In this document: positions 1 through 11,201 of the stretch, one piece after another
Position numbering within the stretch: position 1 is the stretch's first letter
Layout of the letters: the number at the start of each line of letters is the position of its first letter
Assembly (NCBI GenBank): GCA_037444165.1
Contig: JBBIMX010000005.1
Location: forward strand, 2,679-66,678
DNA from: Deltaproteobacteria bacterium
GTDB lineage: Bacteria; Desulfobacterota; BSN033; UBA1163
Direction of reading: 5' to 3'
DNA: 64,000 nt
The notes under the pieces: model-generated
Told to the model about the DNA's origin: nothing
The model's database searches: none
Seen by the model: only the letters and a program-made list of their open reading frames with translations
Program-made: the position numbers and the translations under genes

Positions 1-108
1 ATTGACAATTTGGTCAAAGGGGCCTCTGGAGAGGCGATTCAAAATATGAACCTGATGGTAGGGTATCCTGAAACCATGGGGCTTGATGGGATTCCCCTTA
101 CCCCATAA
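1..108 (+). CDS. argC: N-acetyl-gamma-glutamyl-phosphate reductase, C-terminal fragment (gene runs off the 5' edge)
   Basis: Frame 1 reads [35 protein letters not shown] then TAA. The DNLxKGAxGxAxQNMNLM tail is the conserved ArgC C-terminus. Confidence 0.7.
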   Translation: MDNLVKGASGEAIQNMNLMVGYPETMGLDGIPLTP

Positions 109-149
109 GAGAGGAAAGAGAGAGACGGAGGATCCAGAGGATAGGCAGG

Positions 150-824
150 ATGAGAAGGTTTGTTTTCTCTTTCATTTTATTTCAATTTTTATCCATCCTA
201 TTTCTTCCATGTGCGAAAGGAGTGGAAAAGATAGAGATCTTCTTTGAGGGAAAATTGAATCCGGAGGGTGTCCCTGAGGGCTGGACCCTGAAAGAGAAGA
301 CAGGAGAGGCTGAATTCAAGATTCTGAATGAAAACAACGAGACGATCGCCTATTTTGTAAGCCGCTCAGCCTCCTTTTCCTTAGAGAAACCCCTGCAGAT
401 TGATCCCAGAAGATATCCTTATCTTTCATGGAGGTGGAAGGTATTAAGACTGCCTGCAGGAGGGGATTCGAGGCTAAAGGGGAAGAATGATCAGGCCGCC
501 CAGCTGCTGATCGCCTTCGAGGGTCGAAAGATTATCAGTTATATCTGGGATACAATGGCTCCTGTCGGTTCGATCTCGGATGAATCAATCGGATGGCCTA
601 TCCATTTAAAAATAAAAACCATCACTGTAAAATCAGGGGCTCAAGATCTTGGTAAATGGATTTCCTTAACCAGAAATCTCGTTGAGGATTATAAAAATCT
701 ATTTCAGGAAGAACCCGCCTTGCTCAAAGGGATAAGAGTCCAGATCAACTCCCAGAATACCCGAACGATAGCTGAAGCTTTTTTCGGGAAGATCCTGCTT
801 CTCTCTTCTCTCCCGACTCACTGA
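150..824 (+). CDS. DUF3047-family secreted protein
   Basis: N-terminal signal-like segment FSFILFQFLSILFLPCAKG. The segment YPYLSWRWKV...GKNDQAAQLLIAFEG resembles the DUF3047 signature (L.W.WkV ... DD.aa.v.v.F). Confidence 0.55.
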   Translation: MRRFVFSFILFQFLSILFLPCAKGVEKIEIFFEGKLNPEGVPEGWTLKEKTGEAEFKILNENNETIAYFVSRSASFSLEKPLQIDPRRYPYLSWRWKVLRLPAGGDSRLKGKNDQAAQLLIAFEGRKIISYIWDTMAPVGSISDESIGWPIHLKIKTITVKSGAQDLGKWISLTRNLVEDYKNLFQEEPALLKGIRVQINSQNTRTIAEAFFGKILLLSSLPTH

Positions 825-916
825 CCTTATCGTCTCCACCTTCTTCTTTCCATTTTACAACTCCAAAAGATTTTGTTAGATTAATAAAAAATCTTCACCC
901 AGCGAGCGAAAGAAGG

Positions 917-3517
917 ATGAAACCTCTCACCCCGATGATCAAACAGTATCTTCAGATCAAAAGTCAACACCCTGATGCCATCCTTTTTTTCCGAATGGGT
1001 GATTTTTATGAGATGTTCTTCGAAGATGCCGAGATCGCCTCAAAAGAGCTTGAGATTACCCTCACCTCCAGAGATAAAGGGGAGAAGAACCAGGTTCCCC
1101 TCTGTGGGGTTCCCTATTTTACAGCAGAGACCTATATCTCCAAACTCTTGCAGAAAGGGTATAAGGTGGCTCTCTGTGAACAGGTCGAAGATCCCAAGTT
1201 GGCAAAAGGGATTGTCAAAAGAGAAGTGATAAGAGTCTTTACCCCAGGGTTGACCACCGATGCCCTCCATCTTGGATCTGGAGAGAATAACTATTTGATG
1301 GGATTCTGTGCCGAAGGGGAGATCTTTGGATTGGCTTTTCTGGATATTTCTACCGGTGAGATGAAGGCCACCCAGATCTCGGGAGTGGATCCTTTTCTGA
1401 ATGAGGCCCTTCGGAACGAACCCAAAGAGATTCTTTGCGAAAAACGTTTTCAACAGCACCCCTGTTTTGAGAAGTTCAAAAAGAGTTTTGAAGATCACCT
1501 CATCACGTTTGTAGATGAGGAGCCTCAAGAATTCTCCCAAAGGCTCCAGACGATAAAGAATCTTTCCCATCCCGAGGGAGTTCCTCTGGCTCTTCTTGCC
1601 TCGGAGATGGTTCTTAATTATGCCGAAAAGAATCAGAAGCGATCCCTTTCAGAGCTCTCGCCCATCCACTTTTATCAAATCCAAGACTTCATGATTATTG
1701 ATGAGACTACCAAAAGGAATCTGGAGTTGAGCCAATCTCTCTTTGATCAGGGGAAGAAGGGTTCCCTTCTATGGGTTTTGGATGAGACGATGACAGCGAT
1801 GGGAAGCAGAAGATTGAAGCAGTGGCTCCATTACCCTTTGATGGACATTGCGGAAATCGAACGTCGTCAGGAAGCCATCTCCGAGCTTAAAGAAAAGAAG
1901 ATAGAGAGAAAAAGGATTCGAGAGTCTTTAGGGAAGATCCAGGACATTGAGCGTTTAACCTCTCGTGCCTTTTTGGGTCATGCCAATCCCAGGGATCTGG
2001 TGGGACTGAAGCATTCCCTTCGACCTTTACCTCATCTGAAATCCCTTCTCCAATCCTTCTCATCCCCTCTTCTTGTTCAGTTGACTTCTGAGATCGAGGA
2101 ATTCGACGATCTTTTTGGACTCCTTGAGGCCGCCATTGAAGAGAATCCTCCGATCGCCTTAAAAGAGGGAGGGATCATTAAACCGGGATATCATCCAGAG
2201 TTAGATGAATTAAGGGAGATAGGAAGAGAAGGGAAGAGATGGATTCTTGAGCTCGAAGCAGAGGAGAGGAAGAAGACCGGAATCTCTTCTCTGAAGATTC
2301 GCCACAATCAGGTCTTTGGTTATTATATCGAAGTGACCAAAAGCAACCTTCATCTGGTCCCCGAGCATTATGTCCGAAAACAGACCCTGGTTCATGCAGA
2401 ACGATTCATTACGCCTGAGCTAAAGGAATTTGAGACCCGAGTATTAGGGGCCCAGGAAGCCATCTGTCAATTAGAATATCGGCTCTTCGAAGCAATTCGC
2501 CAGAAGGTCGCCGAGGCTACGGGGAGACTTCGAAAAACCTCCTCTGCCCTTTCCATTCTTGATGTATTAGCCTCATTGGCCGAGGTGGCCGATCGATACC
2601 AGTATGTAAGACCAAAGGTCGATGAGGGAGACGAGATCGTCATTCGGGATGGAAGGCATCCTATCGTAGAAAGGATGAATCTTTCGGAACGATTTGTTCC
2701 TAATGATACGTTGCTCAATACTCGGGACCACCAGCTCATCATTCTCACAGGTCCGAATATGGCGGGGAAATCGACCTATCTCAGACAGGTAGCCCTCATC
2801 GTTCTGATGGCCCAGATGGGAAGTTTTGTTCCAGCCAGAGAGGCCCGGATAGGAAGGGTGGATCGAATTTTTACACGGGTTGGAGCCTTAGATCACATCA
2901 TGAGGGGACAGAGTACCTTTATGGTAGAGATGATGGAGACCGCTCGGATTTTAAATCAAGCGACCTCCCAGAGCCTGGTGATTTTGGATGAGATCGGAAG
3001 GGGTACAAGCACCTTTGATGGATTGGGGATTGCCTGGGCTGTGGCCGAATACCTCCATGATCATCCACTGCTTCATCCCAGGACTCTTTTTGCGACTCAC
3101 TACCACGAGTTGACCGAATTGGCTCTGACCAAAGAAGGGGTAAAGAATTATAATGTGGCAGTAAGGGAATGGAAGGGAGAGATTATCTTTCTTCGAAAAA
3201 TCATTGAGGGTGGAACAAACCGGAGCTACGGAATTCAAGTGGCAAGATTGGCGGGTCTTCCTGAGAAGGTCATCGAGCGAGCGAAAGAGGTTCTCTCAAA
3301 CTTAGAAAAAGGAGAGCTCGACTCGAGTGGGATGCCCAAAATTGCAAAGACCAAAGGGGAGAAAAGGACAAACAGATCCTCTCCTCAGCTTTTTCTTTTC
3401 ACGCCCCATGATCCCATCCGATGGGAGATCCAGAGGATTGATCTGAATCAAATGACACCCATCGAGGCACTCAATTTTTTGAATACTTTGAAGAAAAAGA
3501 TCGAGCAAGAGGAATGA
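917..3517 (+). CDS. mutS: DNA mismatch repair protein MutS
   Basis: 866 aa. N-terminal [12 protein letters not shown]...RMGDFYEMF mismatch-binding motif, Walker [19 protein letters not shown]. Confidence 0.97.
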   Translation: MKPLTPMIKQYLQIKSQHPDAILFFRMGDFYEMFFEDAEIASKELEITLTSRDKGEKNQVPLCGVPYFTAETYISKLLQKGYKVALCEQVEDPKLAKGIVKREVIRVFTPGLTTDALHLGSGENNYLMGFCAEGEIFGLAFLDISTGEMKATQISGVDPFLNEALRNEPKEILCEKRFQQHPCFEKFKKSFEDHLITFVDEEPQEFSQRLQTIKNLSHPEGVPLALLASEMVLNYAEKNQKRSLSELSPIHFYQIQDFMIIDETTKRNLELSQSLFDQGKKGSLLWVLDETMTAMGSRRLKQWLHYPLMDIAEIERRQEAISELKEKKIERKRIRESLGKIQDIERLTSRAFLGHANPRDLVGLKHSLRPLPHLKSLLQSFSSPLLVQLTSEIEEFDDLFGLLEAAIEENPPIALKEGGIIKPGYHPELDELREIGREGKRWILELEAEERKKTGISSLKIRHNQVFGYYIEVTKSNLHLVPEHYVRKQTLVHAERFITPELKEFETRVLGAQEAICQLEYRLFEAIRQKVAEATGRLRKTSSALSILDVLASLAEVADRYQYVRPKVDEGDEIVIRDGRHPIVERMNLSERFVPNDTLLNTRDHQLIILTGPNMAGKSTYLRQVALIVLMAQMGSFVPAREARIGRVDRIFTRVGALDHIMRGQSTFMVEMMETARILNQATSQSLVILDEIGRGTSTFDGLGIAWAVAEYLHDHPLLHPRTLFATHYHELTELALTKEGVKNYNVAVREWKGEIIFLRKIIEGGTNRSYGIQVARLAGLPEKVIERAKEVLSNLEKGELDSSGMPKIAKTKGEKRTNRSSPQLFLFTPHDPIRWEIQRIDLNQMTPIEALNFLNTLKKKIEQEE

Positions 3518-4206
3518 TCGATTTCCCAAAGGCAAGGGAAAAGATGGTCGAAGAACAGATCATTGCCAGAGGGATTAAGGACCCTCGAGTGATTGCGGCG
3601 ATGAGAAAAGTTCCGCGTCATCTCTTTGTTGAAGAGGCCCTCCAGGAGCAAGCCTATAGTGATCATCCCCTGCCGATCGGGGAGAAACAGACGATCTCCC
3701 AGCCCTATATGGTTGCTCTTATGACCGAAGCCCTCCAATTGACAGGGAAGGAAAGGGTCTTAGAGATAGGAACAGGTTCCGGTTATCAGACGGCTATTCT
3801 GGCTGAGATAGCCTTGGAGGTGTATTCTATCGAACGGATTCGTTCCCTTGCCCTGAAAGCCAGGAAATTACTGTATGAGCTGGGATATTACCACGTGGAG
3901 ATCAAGATTTTTGACGGAACGGTGGGATGGCCAGAGAAGGGCCCTTTTGATGCCATCCTTGTGACCGCCGGAGCCCCTGAGATTCCTCCACCTCTTTATG
4001 ACCAATTAGCTCTGGGAGGAAGGTTGGTCATTCCTGTAGGAGATGCCTATTCTCAAGACCTCATCCGGGTGACAAAGACCAAAGGAGGACAAAAAAAAGA
4101 AGATTTGGGAGGATGTCGGTTTGTGAAGTTGATTGGAAAATACGGGTGGGAGGATGAAGAGTTTAACCAAACTGATGAGAGACGGGGGATGAGAGACGAT
4201 GGATGA
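3514..4206 (+). CDS. pcm: protein-L-isoaspartate O-methyltransferase
   Basis: [13 protein letters not shown] and [15 protein letters not shown]-binding motifs. ATGA start/stop overlap with mutS. Confidence 0.93.
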   Translation: MIDFPKAREKMVEEQIIARGIKDPRVIAAMRKVPRHLFVEEALQEQAYSDHPLPIGEKQTISQPYMVALMTEALQLTGKERVLEIGTGSGYQTAILAEIALEVYSIERIRSLALKARKLLYELGYYHVEIKIFDGTVGWPEKGPFDAILVTAGAPEIPPPLYDQLALGGRLVIPVGDAYSQDLIRVTKTKGGQKKEDLGGCRFVKLIGKYGWEDEEFNQTDERRGMRDDG

Positions 4207-4231
4207 GGGAGAAGGGAGGAGAGGTAAAAAG

Positions 4232-5242
4232 ATGATCGTTCTGGCGATCGAGACCTCCTGTGATGATACAGGAGGAGCGGTTCTTCTCAACGGGCGAAAG
4301 ATCCTTTCCAATGTGGTCTCCTCCCAGGTCTTGGTTCATCAGAAATATGGAGGGGTTGTCCCTGAACTGGCCTCAAGAAAGCATATCGAGGCCATTGTTC
4401 CCATAGTCGAGGAAGCCTTGAGCAGGGCGGGAGTGACAATGAGAGAAGTCGATGGGATAGCCGTGACTCAGGGGCCTGGATTGGTGGGGTCTCTCCTGGT
4501 TGGCCTTTCTTTTGCGAAGTCGATCGCCTTTGCAAAAGGAATTCCCTTTGTGGGAGTCAATCACGTAGAGGCTCACCTCTCTGCCATTTTTCTGGAAGAA
4601 GAGACTCCAAGGTTTCCGTTTATCGGGTTGGTCGTTTCAGGGGGCCACACCTCTCTGTTTCGAGTGGATGGATTCGGGAAAATTATTCGATTGGGTCAGA
4701 CGAGAGACGATGCTGCAGGAGAGGCCTTTGACAAAGTAGCCAAATTTTTAGGATTAGGTTATCCGGGTGGGCCCATTATCGATGAACTTTCAAAAAAGGG
4801 AAATCCTAAGACCATTCGATTTCCCAGGCCCTTTCTCGGAAAAGCCTCCCTCGATTTTAGCTTCAGCGGACTCAAGACAGCAGTCGTCCATTTGGTGAAG
4901 ACCTATCAGGATCCTCCTGAGAGGCTTCCGGAAGCTCTTCTCTGTGACATTGCTTCCAGTTTTCAGGAAGCGGTCGTCGATGTCCTTGTTCAAAAAACCC
5001 TCTTGGCCTCCAAGCAAGAAGGGGTGAGAAGAATCGTGATTTCCGGAGGGGTCGCTGCCAATCGACTCCTACGGGAAAGAATGAAACAAGAGGCCTTGGA
5101 TCAAAAATTAAAACTCTATATCCCTTCCCCCGAGCTTTGCACGGACAATGCAGCGATGGTGGGAGTGGTAGGCTACGAATATTTAAGGCAAGGCCTTCGA
5201 TCGGACTATTCACTGAATGCCTACTCGAGTCTCCCTCTTTAA
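4232..5242 (+). CDS. tsaD: tRNA N6-adenosine threonylcarbamoyltransferase TsaD
   Basis: MIVLAIETSCDDT N-terminus and GVNHVEAH metal motif. I prefer ATG 4232 (AGGAGAGG Shine-Dalgarno (SD) about 8 nt upstream) over the ORF-track start at 4199. Confidence 0.92.
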   Translation: MIVLAIETSCDDTGGAVLLNGRKILSNVVSSQVLVHQKYGGVVPELASRKHIEAIVPIVEEALSRAGVTMREVDGIAVTQGPGLVGSLLVGLSFAKSIAFAKGIPFVGVNHVEAHLSAIFLEEETPRFPFIGLVVSGGHTSLFRVDGFGKIIRLGQTRDDAAGEAFDKVAKFLGLGYPGGPIIDELSKKGNPKTIRFPRPFLGKASLDFSFSGLKTAVVHLVKTYQDPPERLPEALLCDIASSFQEAVVDVLVQKTLLASKQEGVRRIVISGGVAANRLLRERMKQEALDQKLKLYIPSPELCTDNAAMVGVVGYEYLRQGLRSDYSLNAYSSLPL

Positions 5243-5278
5243 TTCCTCTTTCTTTGAGGAAAAGGGAAACGTTTCTCG

Positions 5279-6109
5279 ATGAGTTCTGTCTTAAAAGAAT
5301 TGAAAGAGTATGGGTTATTCCCTAAGAAGAGATTAGGTCAGCATTTTCTTATAGACCGGAATATTCTTAGCAAGATCCTTCGTTTGGCACGGATTGGAAA
5401 GGAAGATACCATCCTTGAGATTGGTCCAGGTCTGGGAGAGATGACCCTGGCTCTCTCTCAGCAGGCCAAAAAGGTGATCGCCATTGAGATCGATTCCCAT
5501 CTGGTGGTGAGATTAAGGGAGAGATTTACACACACTCCAAATGTAGAGATCATCGAAGGCGATATCCTTAAGATGAATTTTTCCTCCCTCTTCCATCAGG
5601 AGGTTCCGTGTCTCCGGGTTGTTGCAAACCTACCCTATCAGATCTCCACACCCCTTCTCTTCCGATTGATCGAAGAGAGGAGTCGGTTTCGAGATCTCCA
5701 TCTCATGATGCAGAAAGAGGTCGCTGAGCGAATGATCGCTCCTCCGGGGGAAAAGGAGTATGGCCCTTTATCCGTGTTTACACAGATGGTCTCTGTCCCC
5801 ACCATCCTTTTTTTCGTCAAACCCTCTGCTTTTTTCCCGCCTCCAAAGGTCGACTCTGCCTTTGTTCGAATCGAATGGCGAAAGAAGGCACTCCTCGAAA
5901 TAGAGAAAGAAGATTGGTTTAAAAAGGTGGTGAAAGGCTGTCTGGGATATCGTCGAAAAACTCTCATCAATGCCCTTAAACACTCGGGTCTTTCCTTTCC
6001 TAAAGATCTTGAAAGAAGATTAAAGGACGCAAAGATCGATCCGGATCGAAGGCCCGATACTCTAACCCCTCAAGAATTTGTTAACTTATCTGAATTATTG
6101 AAGAATTAA
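5279..6109 (+). CDS. rsmA: 16S rRNA (adenine1518/1519-N6)-dimethyltransferase
   Basis: KKRLGQHFL, EIGPGLGEMT SAM motif, NLPYQISTPL. Confidence 0.94.
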   Translation: MSSVLKELKEYGLFPKKRLGQHFLIDRNILSKILRLARIGKEDTILEIGPGLGEMTLALSQQAKKVIAIEIDSHLVVRLRERFTHTPNVEIIEGDILKMNFSSLFHQEVPCLRVVANLPYQISTPLLFRLIEERSRFRDLHLMMQKEVAERMIAPPGEKEYGPLSVFTQMVSVPTILFFVKPSAFFPPPKVDSAFVRIEWRKKALLEIEKEDWFKKVVKGCLGYRRKTLINALKHSGLSFPKDLERRLKDAKIDPDRRPDTLTPQEFVNLSELLKN

Positions 6110-6215
6110 TCTTTGTCCTCAAATAAGAATTAATTTGCAAAAATGGCGACGGATGATTATGTTTTCTTCGAAAATAGATGGGTTTAGAACACAAACTGCA
6201 AATAGGAGGATTTAG

Positions 6216-8813
6216 ATGCAACTCGACCGATTGACCTTAAAAGCCCAGGAGGCTTTACAACAAGCAAAGGCCATAGCTGAGCAGAGAAATCATCAGCAGA
6301 TCGATGTGGAACATCTGCTCTTTGCTCTTCTTACTCAGAGAGAAGGAATTGTCATCCCCATTCTTCAGAAATTGGGAGCCAATGTGGAGCTTATCCTTTC
6401 TCAATTGGATGGGGAACTGAATCGAATCCCGAAAGTCACAGGGGGTGGAGCAGGTCAGGTTTATCTTTCCAGTCGACTTAATGAAATTTTGAATGCGGCA
6501 TGGAAAGAAGCAGAGAGACTGATGGATGAGTATCTCTCGACCGAGCACCTCCTCATTGCCATTGCGGAGGAGAAGAGAGGGGCCTCCTCGCAGATTCTCC
6601 AAAGAAGTGGGGTTACCAAAGATGCGATTTATCGAGTTCTGCAGGAGATTCGGGGTCCTCATCGAGTCACCGATCAGAATCCAGAAGAGAAGTATCAGGC
6701 CTTGAAACGCTACAGTCGGGATCTCACCGAAGAGGCCAGGAAAGGGAAACTGGATCCCGTAATTGGAAGGGACGAAGAGATTCGAAGGGTCATTCAGGTT
6801 CTTTCGAGAAGAACGAAGAACAACCCCGTGTTGATTGGAGAACCAGGAGTGGGAAAGACCGCTATTGTCGAGGGTCTGGCCCAGAGGATTGTGAAGGGGG
6901 ATGTCCCGGAGACGTTGAAGAATAAGAAACTGGTAGCCCTGGATCTGGGGGCCCTGATCGCTGGGGCGAAATATAGAGGAGAATTTGAAGAAAGATTGAA
7001 GGCGGTTTTGAAGGAGATCCAGGCAGCCGCGGGCAATATCATCCTTTTTATCGACGAGCTCCATACCCTGGTGGGAGCAGGAGCTGCGGAGGGGGCGATC
7101 GATGCCTCCAATATGCTTAAACCTGCTTTAGCAAGGGGAGAACTGCGCTGCATCGGAGCGACCACCCTCAATGAATACCGAAAGTACGTCGAGAAGGATG
7201 CGGCTCTTGAGAGAAGATTTCAGCCCATCTATGTGGCCCAACCCAGCGTAGAGGATACCATTGCGATTCTAAGGGGATTGAAAGAACGCTACGAGGTCCA
7301 TCATGGGGTGAAGATCAAAGACTCTGCCTTGATCGCTGCGGCCATGCTTTCTCATCGGTATATTTCGGACCGGTTTCTACCGGATAAAGCGGTAGATTTG
7401 ATTGATGAGGCTGCTTCTCGCCTGAGAATCGAGATTGATAGTGTGCCCATGGAGATCGATGAGGTCCAGCGGAAGATTATGCAACTGGAGATCGAACGGC
7501 AGGCCTTAAAGAAAGAGAAGGACAAGGCTTCGAGAGAACGATTAAAGAAGCTTGAGGAGGAACTGACCGAATTAAAGAAAGAAGTTCAAGAGAAGAAGGT
7601 GAAGTGGGAGAACGAAAAGAAGTCGATCTCACGAATTCAACAACTCAAGGAACAGATCGAACGGACTCGACAGTTGATGAAGGAGGCGGAAAGGGAAGCA
7701 GACTATTCGAGATTGGCAGAGCTCCAGTATGGGGAGATGACCCACCTGGAGAAAGAGTTGAAAGAAGAAGAGGCAAGATTGGCCGAACTTCAGAGGGATG
7801 GAAAGATGCTCAAGGAAGAAGTCGATGAGGAGGATGTGGCAGAAGTCGTCTCCAAATGGACCGGAATTCCTGTCTCCAAGATGTTAGAGGGAGAGGTCGA
7901 AAAACTCCTCCATATGGAGGAACGACTGAGGCAGAGGGTGGTTGGGCAGGAAGATGCCATCAAAGCGGTTTCCAATGCCGTCAGAAGAGCCAGAGCAGGG
8001 CTTCAGGATCCAAATCGACCCATTGGTTCCTTTATCTTTATGGGACCCACCGGAGTAGGAAAGACAGAACTGGCTCGTGCATTGGCTGAGTTTCTCTTTG
8101 ATGATGAACAGGCCATGGTCAGAATTGATATGTCAGAATACATGGAGAAACATTCGGTCGCCAGGCTCATTGGAGCTCCTCCTGGTTATGTAGGATATGA
8201 GGAGGGAGGATTTCTCACCGAAGCGGTTCGAAGAAGACCTTATTCCATTGTCCTGATGGATGAGATTGAGAAGGCCCATCCGGAGGTGTTCAATCTCCTT
8301 CTCCAAATTCTCGACGATGGGCGTTTGACCGATGGTCATGGAAGGACAGTAGATTTTAAAAATACCGTGATCATTATGACCTCCAACATCGGGAGTCAGT
8401 GGATCATGGATTTAGGAGAGAAGGATTATGAAGAGATGCGAAGAAGGGTCATGGATGCCGTGAGGGCCCATTTCAAACCTGAATTCATCAACCGGATCGA
8501 TGAATTGATTATTTTCCGAAGTCTTGGGATGGACGAGATTAAGGCCATTGTGGAGATCCAGATTCGAAAACTTGAACAGAGACTCGCAGAAAGAAAACTC
8601 AGGCTTAAGATGACCGAAAAAGCGAAGCAGTGGCTTGCCAGAGAAGGTTATGATCCTTCCTTCGGGGCGCGACCTCTTAAACGGGTGATTCAGAAAGAGA
8701 TTCAAGATAAACTAGCTCTTCAGATCTTGGAGGGGAAATTTAAGGAAGGAGATACGGTCATTGTCGATCGAGAAGAGGGAAAGGAGGGGTTGACCTTCAG
8801 GGCTTCTGAATAA
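6216..8813 (+). CDS. clpB: ATP-dependent chaperone/disaggregase ClpB
   Basis: 865 aa. Clp N domain, two AAA+ Walker A motifs ([16 protein letters not shown]) and a long K/E-rich coiled-coil middle domain. Confidence 0.97.
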   Translation: MQLDRLTLKAQEALQQAKAIAEQRNHQQIDVEHLLFALLTQREGIVIPILQKLGANVELILSQLDGELNRIPKVTGGGAGQVYLSSRLNEILNAAWKEAERLMDEYLSTEHLLIAIAEEKRGASSQILQRSGVTKDAIYRVLQEIRGPHRVTDQNPEEKYQALKRYSRDLTEEARKGKLDPVIGRDEEIRRVIQVLSRRTKNNPVLIGEPGVGKTAIVEGLAQRIVKGDVPETLKNKKLVALDLGALIAGAKYRGEFEERLKAVLKEIQAAAGNIILFIDELHTLVGAGAAEGAIDASNMLKPALARGELRCIGATTLNEYRKYVEKDAALERRFQPIYVAQPSVEDTIAILRGLKERYEVHHGVKIKDSALIAAAMLSHRYISDRFLPDKAVDLIDEAASRLRIEIDSVPMEIDEVQRKIMQLEIERQALKKEKDKASRERLKKLEEELTELKKEVQEKKVKWENEKKSISRIQQLKEQIERTRQLMKEAEREADYSRLAELQYGEMTHLEKELKEEEARLAELQRDGKMLKEEVDEEDVAEVVSKWTGIPVSKMLEGEVEKLLHMEERLRQRVVGQEDAIKAVSNAVRRARAGLQDPNRPIGSFIFMGPTGVGKTELARALAEFLFDDEQAMVRIDMSEYMEKHSVARLIGAPPGYVGYEEGGFLTEAVRRRPYSIVLMDEIEKAHPEVFNLLLQILDDGRLTDGHGRTVDFKNTVIIMTSNIGSQWIMDLGEKDYEEMRRRVMDAVRAHFKPEFINRIDELIIFRSLGMDEIKAIVEIQIRKLEQRLAERKLRLKMTEKAKQWLAREGYDPSFGARPLKRVIQKEIQDKLALQILEGKFKEGDTVIVDREEGKEGLTFRASE

Positions 8814-8861
8814 AGATCGTCCTGAGGAGTCTTTTCATGAGGTTTTCGGGAGGATGCGTCA

Positions 8862-8968
8862 TCCTTCACTGATGGGGGTAAATCATATTAAGCCCGAGAG
8901 GAGTAATTCCAAAACCCATAGAACGCCCAATACCCCTTTGGGGCTTATTCCTCATCAAAGTGAGGGGT
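8862..8968 (+). repeat. Intergenic imperfect-hairpin repeat, copy A (full length)
   Basis: Core 8888-8951 matches the reverse complement of 43612-43675 at about 58/64 positions by hand alignment, including a 25/26 identical apical segment CCAAAACCCATAGAACGCCCAATACC (8909-8934). The arms AAGCCC.../...GGGCTT and CCTTCACTGATG/CATCAAAGTGAGG are self-complementary. Confidence 0.8.
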
Positions 8969-8992
8969 TACAGAAAAATACTTAGAATTTTC

Positions 8993-9021
8993 TTGACAAT
9001 AGCGTAAAAACCTGTTATGGA
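8993..9021 (+). promoter_or_regulatory. sigma70-like promoter for tRNA-Val
   Basis: TTGACA (8993-8998), 17-nt spacer, TATGGA (9016-9021), about 45 nt upstream of the tRNA. Confidence 0.45.
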
Positions 9022-9067
9022 TACAACAACTTTCAGAGTTTTATTTCACAGGAAGAAAGGAGTAAGC

Positions 9068-9142
9068 AGGCACGTAGCTCAGGGGGAGAGCGCTACCTTG
9101 ACGCGGTAGAAGTCTGGGGTTCAAATCCCCACGTGCCTACCA
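9068..9142 (+). tRNA. tRNA-Val (anticodon GAC), CCA encoded
   Basis: Hand-folded cloverleaf. Acceptor AGGCACG/CGTGCCT, D stem GCTC/GAGC, anticodon stem CTACC/GGTAG with loop TTGACGC, T arm TGGGG-TTCAAAT-CCCCA, discriminator A plus CCA; 75 nt. Confidence 0.93.
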
Positions 9143-9206
9143 GATAAAAAACTATTTCGAGTGGGCCAAAAGGGACTGAAAAAGCTAACATTTTAATAAA
9201 AAAACA

Positions 9207-9250
9207 GAAGAGGCATCATTCATCTTTCTAAGGATGAGTGATGCCTCTTC
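9207..9250. other. Strong 18-bp hairpin between tRNA-Val and thrS (terminator-like, best on the minus strand)
   Basis: GAAGAGGCATCATTCATC / GATGAGTGATGCCTCTTC with loop TTTCTAAG. An A-run lies upstream on the + strand, which gives a T-run after the stem on the - strand. On the + strand only CGTTTCC follows the stem. Confidence 0.6.
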
Positions 9251-9270
9251 CGTTTCCGTCCGGGGATAAA

Positions 9271-11157
9271 ATGGAAGAACGAGTCATCCTAACCCTTCCC
9301 AACGGAGAGAAGAAGACTGTTCCAAAGGGAGTAAGGATAGAGGAATTTGTCAACCAGGACATCATCGCTGCTCAACTCAACGGCAGATTGGTCGATCTAT
9401 CCCATCGTCTTGAGGAGGATGCCTCCATCCACTACATCTCTATTACCTCTAAAAAAGGCTTAGAAATCCTTCGCCATTCAGCAGCCCATGTGATGGCTCA
9501 AGCCGTTAAGGAGCTCTATCCTTCGGTGAAACTTACTTTCGGTCCATCCACTGAGACAGGTTTCTATTATGATTTTGATTACGAGAAGAGTTTTACTCCC
9601 GAAGACCTTGAGGCGATCGAGAAGAGGATGATGGAAATCATCCAGAGGGATGAACCCTTTGTTCGAAGAGAGGTGTCAAGGGAGGAGGCTATCGAGATCT
9701 TTGAGAAGATGGGTGAACATTATAAAGTAGAACATCTCAGAGAGCTTCCCGAGCGGGTTTCCCTTTATCAACAAGGGTCTTTTTTAGATTTATGTGAAGG
9801 GCCCCATCTCCCTTCGACCGGAAGAATCAAGGCCTTCAAACTCCTCAGTGTCTCAGGGACGTATTGGCGTGGGGATGCAAGGAATCAAGTCCTTCAGAGG
9901 ATCTATGGAACAGCCTTTCCTGACCCTAAAACCCTGGAGGAGTATCTTCAAATGCTTGAAGAGGCTCGAAAGAGGGATCATCGAAGGTTAGGGAGGGAAC
10001 TCGACCTCTTCAGCCTCAGCGAGGAAGCAGGACCAGGGCTAGTCATCTATCATCCCAAGGGGGCTGTGCTTCGAACCCTCCTCGAAGATTTCGAGAAGAA
10101 AGAACATCTGAAGAGGGGATATCAGATCGTGATCGGTCCTCAACTCCTGAGATTGGAACTCTGGAAGCGATCCGGACATTTCGAAAATTACAGAGATAAG
10201 ATGTACTTTACAAAGGTCGAAGATGCAGAATATGGGATCAAACCCATGAATTGTCTGGCCCATATGCTCATCTATAAGTCTAAGATTCGAAGTTATCGAG
10301 ACTTGCCCTTACGGTACTTTGAGCTTGGAACGGTTCATCGGCATGAAAAATCCGGGGAGCTTCATGGACTTCTTAGGGTTCGAGGATTCACTCAGGATGA
10401 TGCTCACCTCTTCTGTCGACCTGACCAATTGAACGAAGAGATCAAAGGGATCATTGACTTTGTCGATGAGGTGATGAAAGTCTTTGGGTTCGAATTCGAG
10501 ATGGAGCTCAGCACCCGACCCGAAAAGTCTATCGGTACGGATGAAGACTGGGAGAAGGCCACCCAGGCCCTCCATCAAGCCCTGAAGGATAAAGGACTTC
10601 CCTATGAAATCAACGAAGGGGAAGGAGCTTTTTATGGCCCGAAGATTGATGTCAAATTGAAAGATGCCTTGAATCGCAGATGGCAATGTGCCACCATTCA
10701 AGTGGACTTTGCGATGCCCGAGAGATTTGACCTCACCTATATCGGCCCCGATGGAGAGCGACATCGGCCCGTCATGCTTCATCGGGTCATCTTAGGAGCC
10801 ATGGAGCGATTCATAGGGATCCTCATCGAACATTACGCAGGGGCCTTCCCCGTTTGGCTCTCTCCCGTCCAGGCGATCCTCTTGACCGTCACAGAACGAC
10901 ATGTCCCCTACGGAGAAAAGGTCTTTCAGGAACTGATTCGGAAGGGAATTCGGGTAGAGAAGGATTTTCGGAATGAAAAATTGGGGTTTAAGATTCGGGA
11001 GGCCCAGCTCCAAAAGATCCCTTATATGCTGGTCATCGGGGATAGAGAGGAAAAGGAAGGAACCCTCTCTCCTCGTTTAAGAAGCGGGAAGACCCTTTCA
11101 GCAATGAGGGTGAACGAATTCATTGCCTTAGTGGAATCGGACTATCCAAAACTCTAA
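9271..11157 (+). CDS. thrS: threonine--tRNA ligase
   Basis: TGS domain, editing-domain RHSAAH, class II motif [24 protein letters not shown] and an anticodon-binding C-terminus. ATG 9271 (GGGGA SD) is preferred because the GTG 9238 / ATG 9241 codons lie inside the hairpin stem. Confidence 0.95.
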   Translation: MEERVILTLPNGEKKTVPKGVRIEEFVNQDIIAAQLNGRLVDLSHRLEEDASIHYISITSKKGLEILRHSAAHVMAQAVKELYPSVKLTFGPSTETGFYYDFDYEKSFTPEDLEAIEKRMMEIIQRDEPFVRREVSREEAIEIFEKMGEHYKVEHLRELPERVSLYQQGSFLDLCEGPHLPSTGRIKAFKLLSVSGTYWRGDARNQVLQRIYGTAFPDPKTLEEYLQMLEEARKRDHRRLGRELDLFSLSEEAGPGLVIYHPKGAVLRTLLEDFEKKEHLKRGYQIVIGPQLLRLELWKRSGHFENYRDKMYFTKVEDAEYGIKPMNCLAHMLIYKSKIRSYRDLPLRYFELGTVHRHEKSGELHGLLRVRGFTQDDAHLFCRPDQLNEEIKGIIDFVDEVMKVFGFEFEMELSTRPEKSIGTDEDWEKATQALHQALKDKGLPYEINEGEGAFYGPKIDVKLKDALNRRWQCATIQVDFAMPERFDLTYIGPDGERHRPVMLHRVILGAMERFIGILIEHYAGAFPVWLSPVQAILLTVTERHVPYGEKVFQELIRKGIRVEKDFRNEKLGFKIREAQLQKIPYMLVIGDREEKEGTLSPRLRSGKTLSAMRVNEFIALVESDYPKL

Positions 11158-11201
11158 ATTAAAAATCGAGCCCTCTGTCGGGAACAAGAAAGAATGAGGA
11201 G

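Noticed and set aside
6110-6215. Heat-shock control element (CIRCE or a sigma32 promoter) upstream of clpB
   Set aside because: No TTAGCACTC-N9-GAGTGCTAA inverted repeat and no CTTGAAA/CCCCAT pair are present. Only a weak sigma70-like TTGCAA-17-TATGTT is seen.
6255-7064. 269-aa and 125-aa minus-strand ORFs antisense to clpB. Similar long antisense ORFs occur at 18119-18787, 27323-27937, 29742-30578, 10309-10782 and 12567-13046.
   Set aside because: All are embedded in well-supported genes on the other strand. None has a family signature or a translation signal, so I treat them as shadow ORFs.
9143-9270. T-box riboswitch or E. coli-type tRNA-mimic operator upstream of thrS
   Set aside because: The leader is only about 128 nt. 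It has no specifier-loop/T-box consensus, and the hairpin loop TTTCTAAG lacks a Thr anticodon (NGU).
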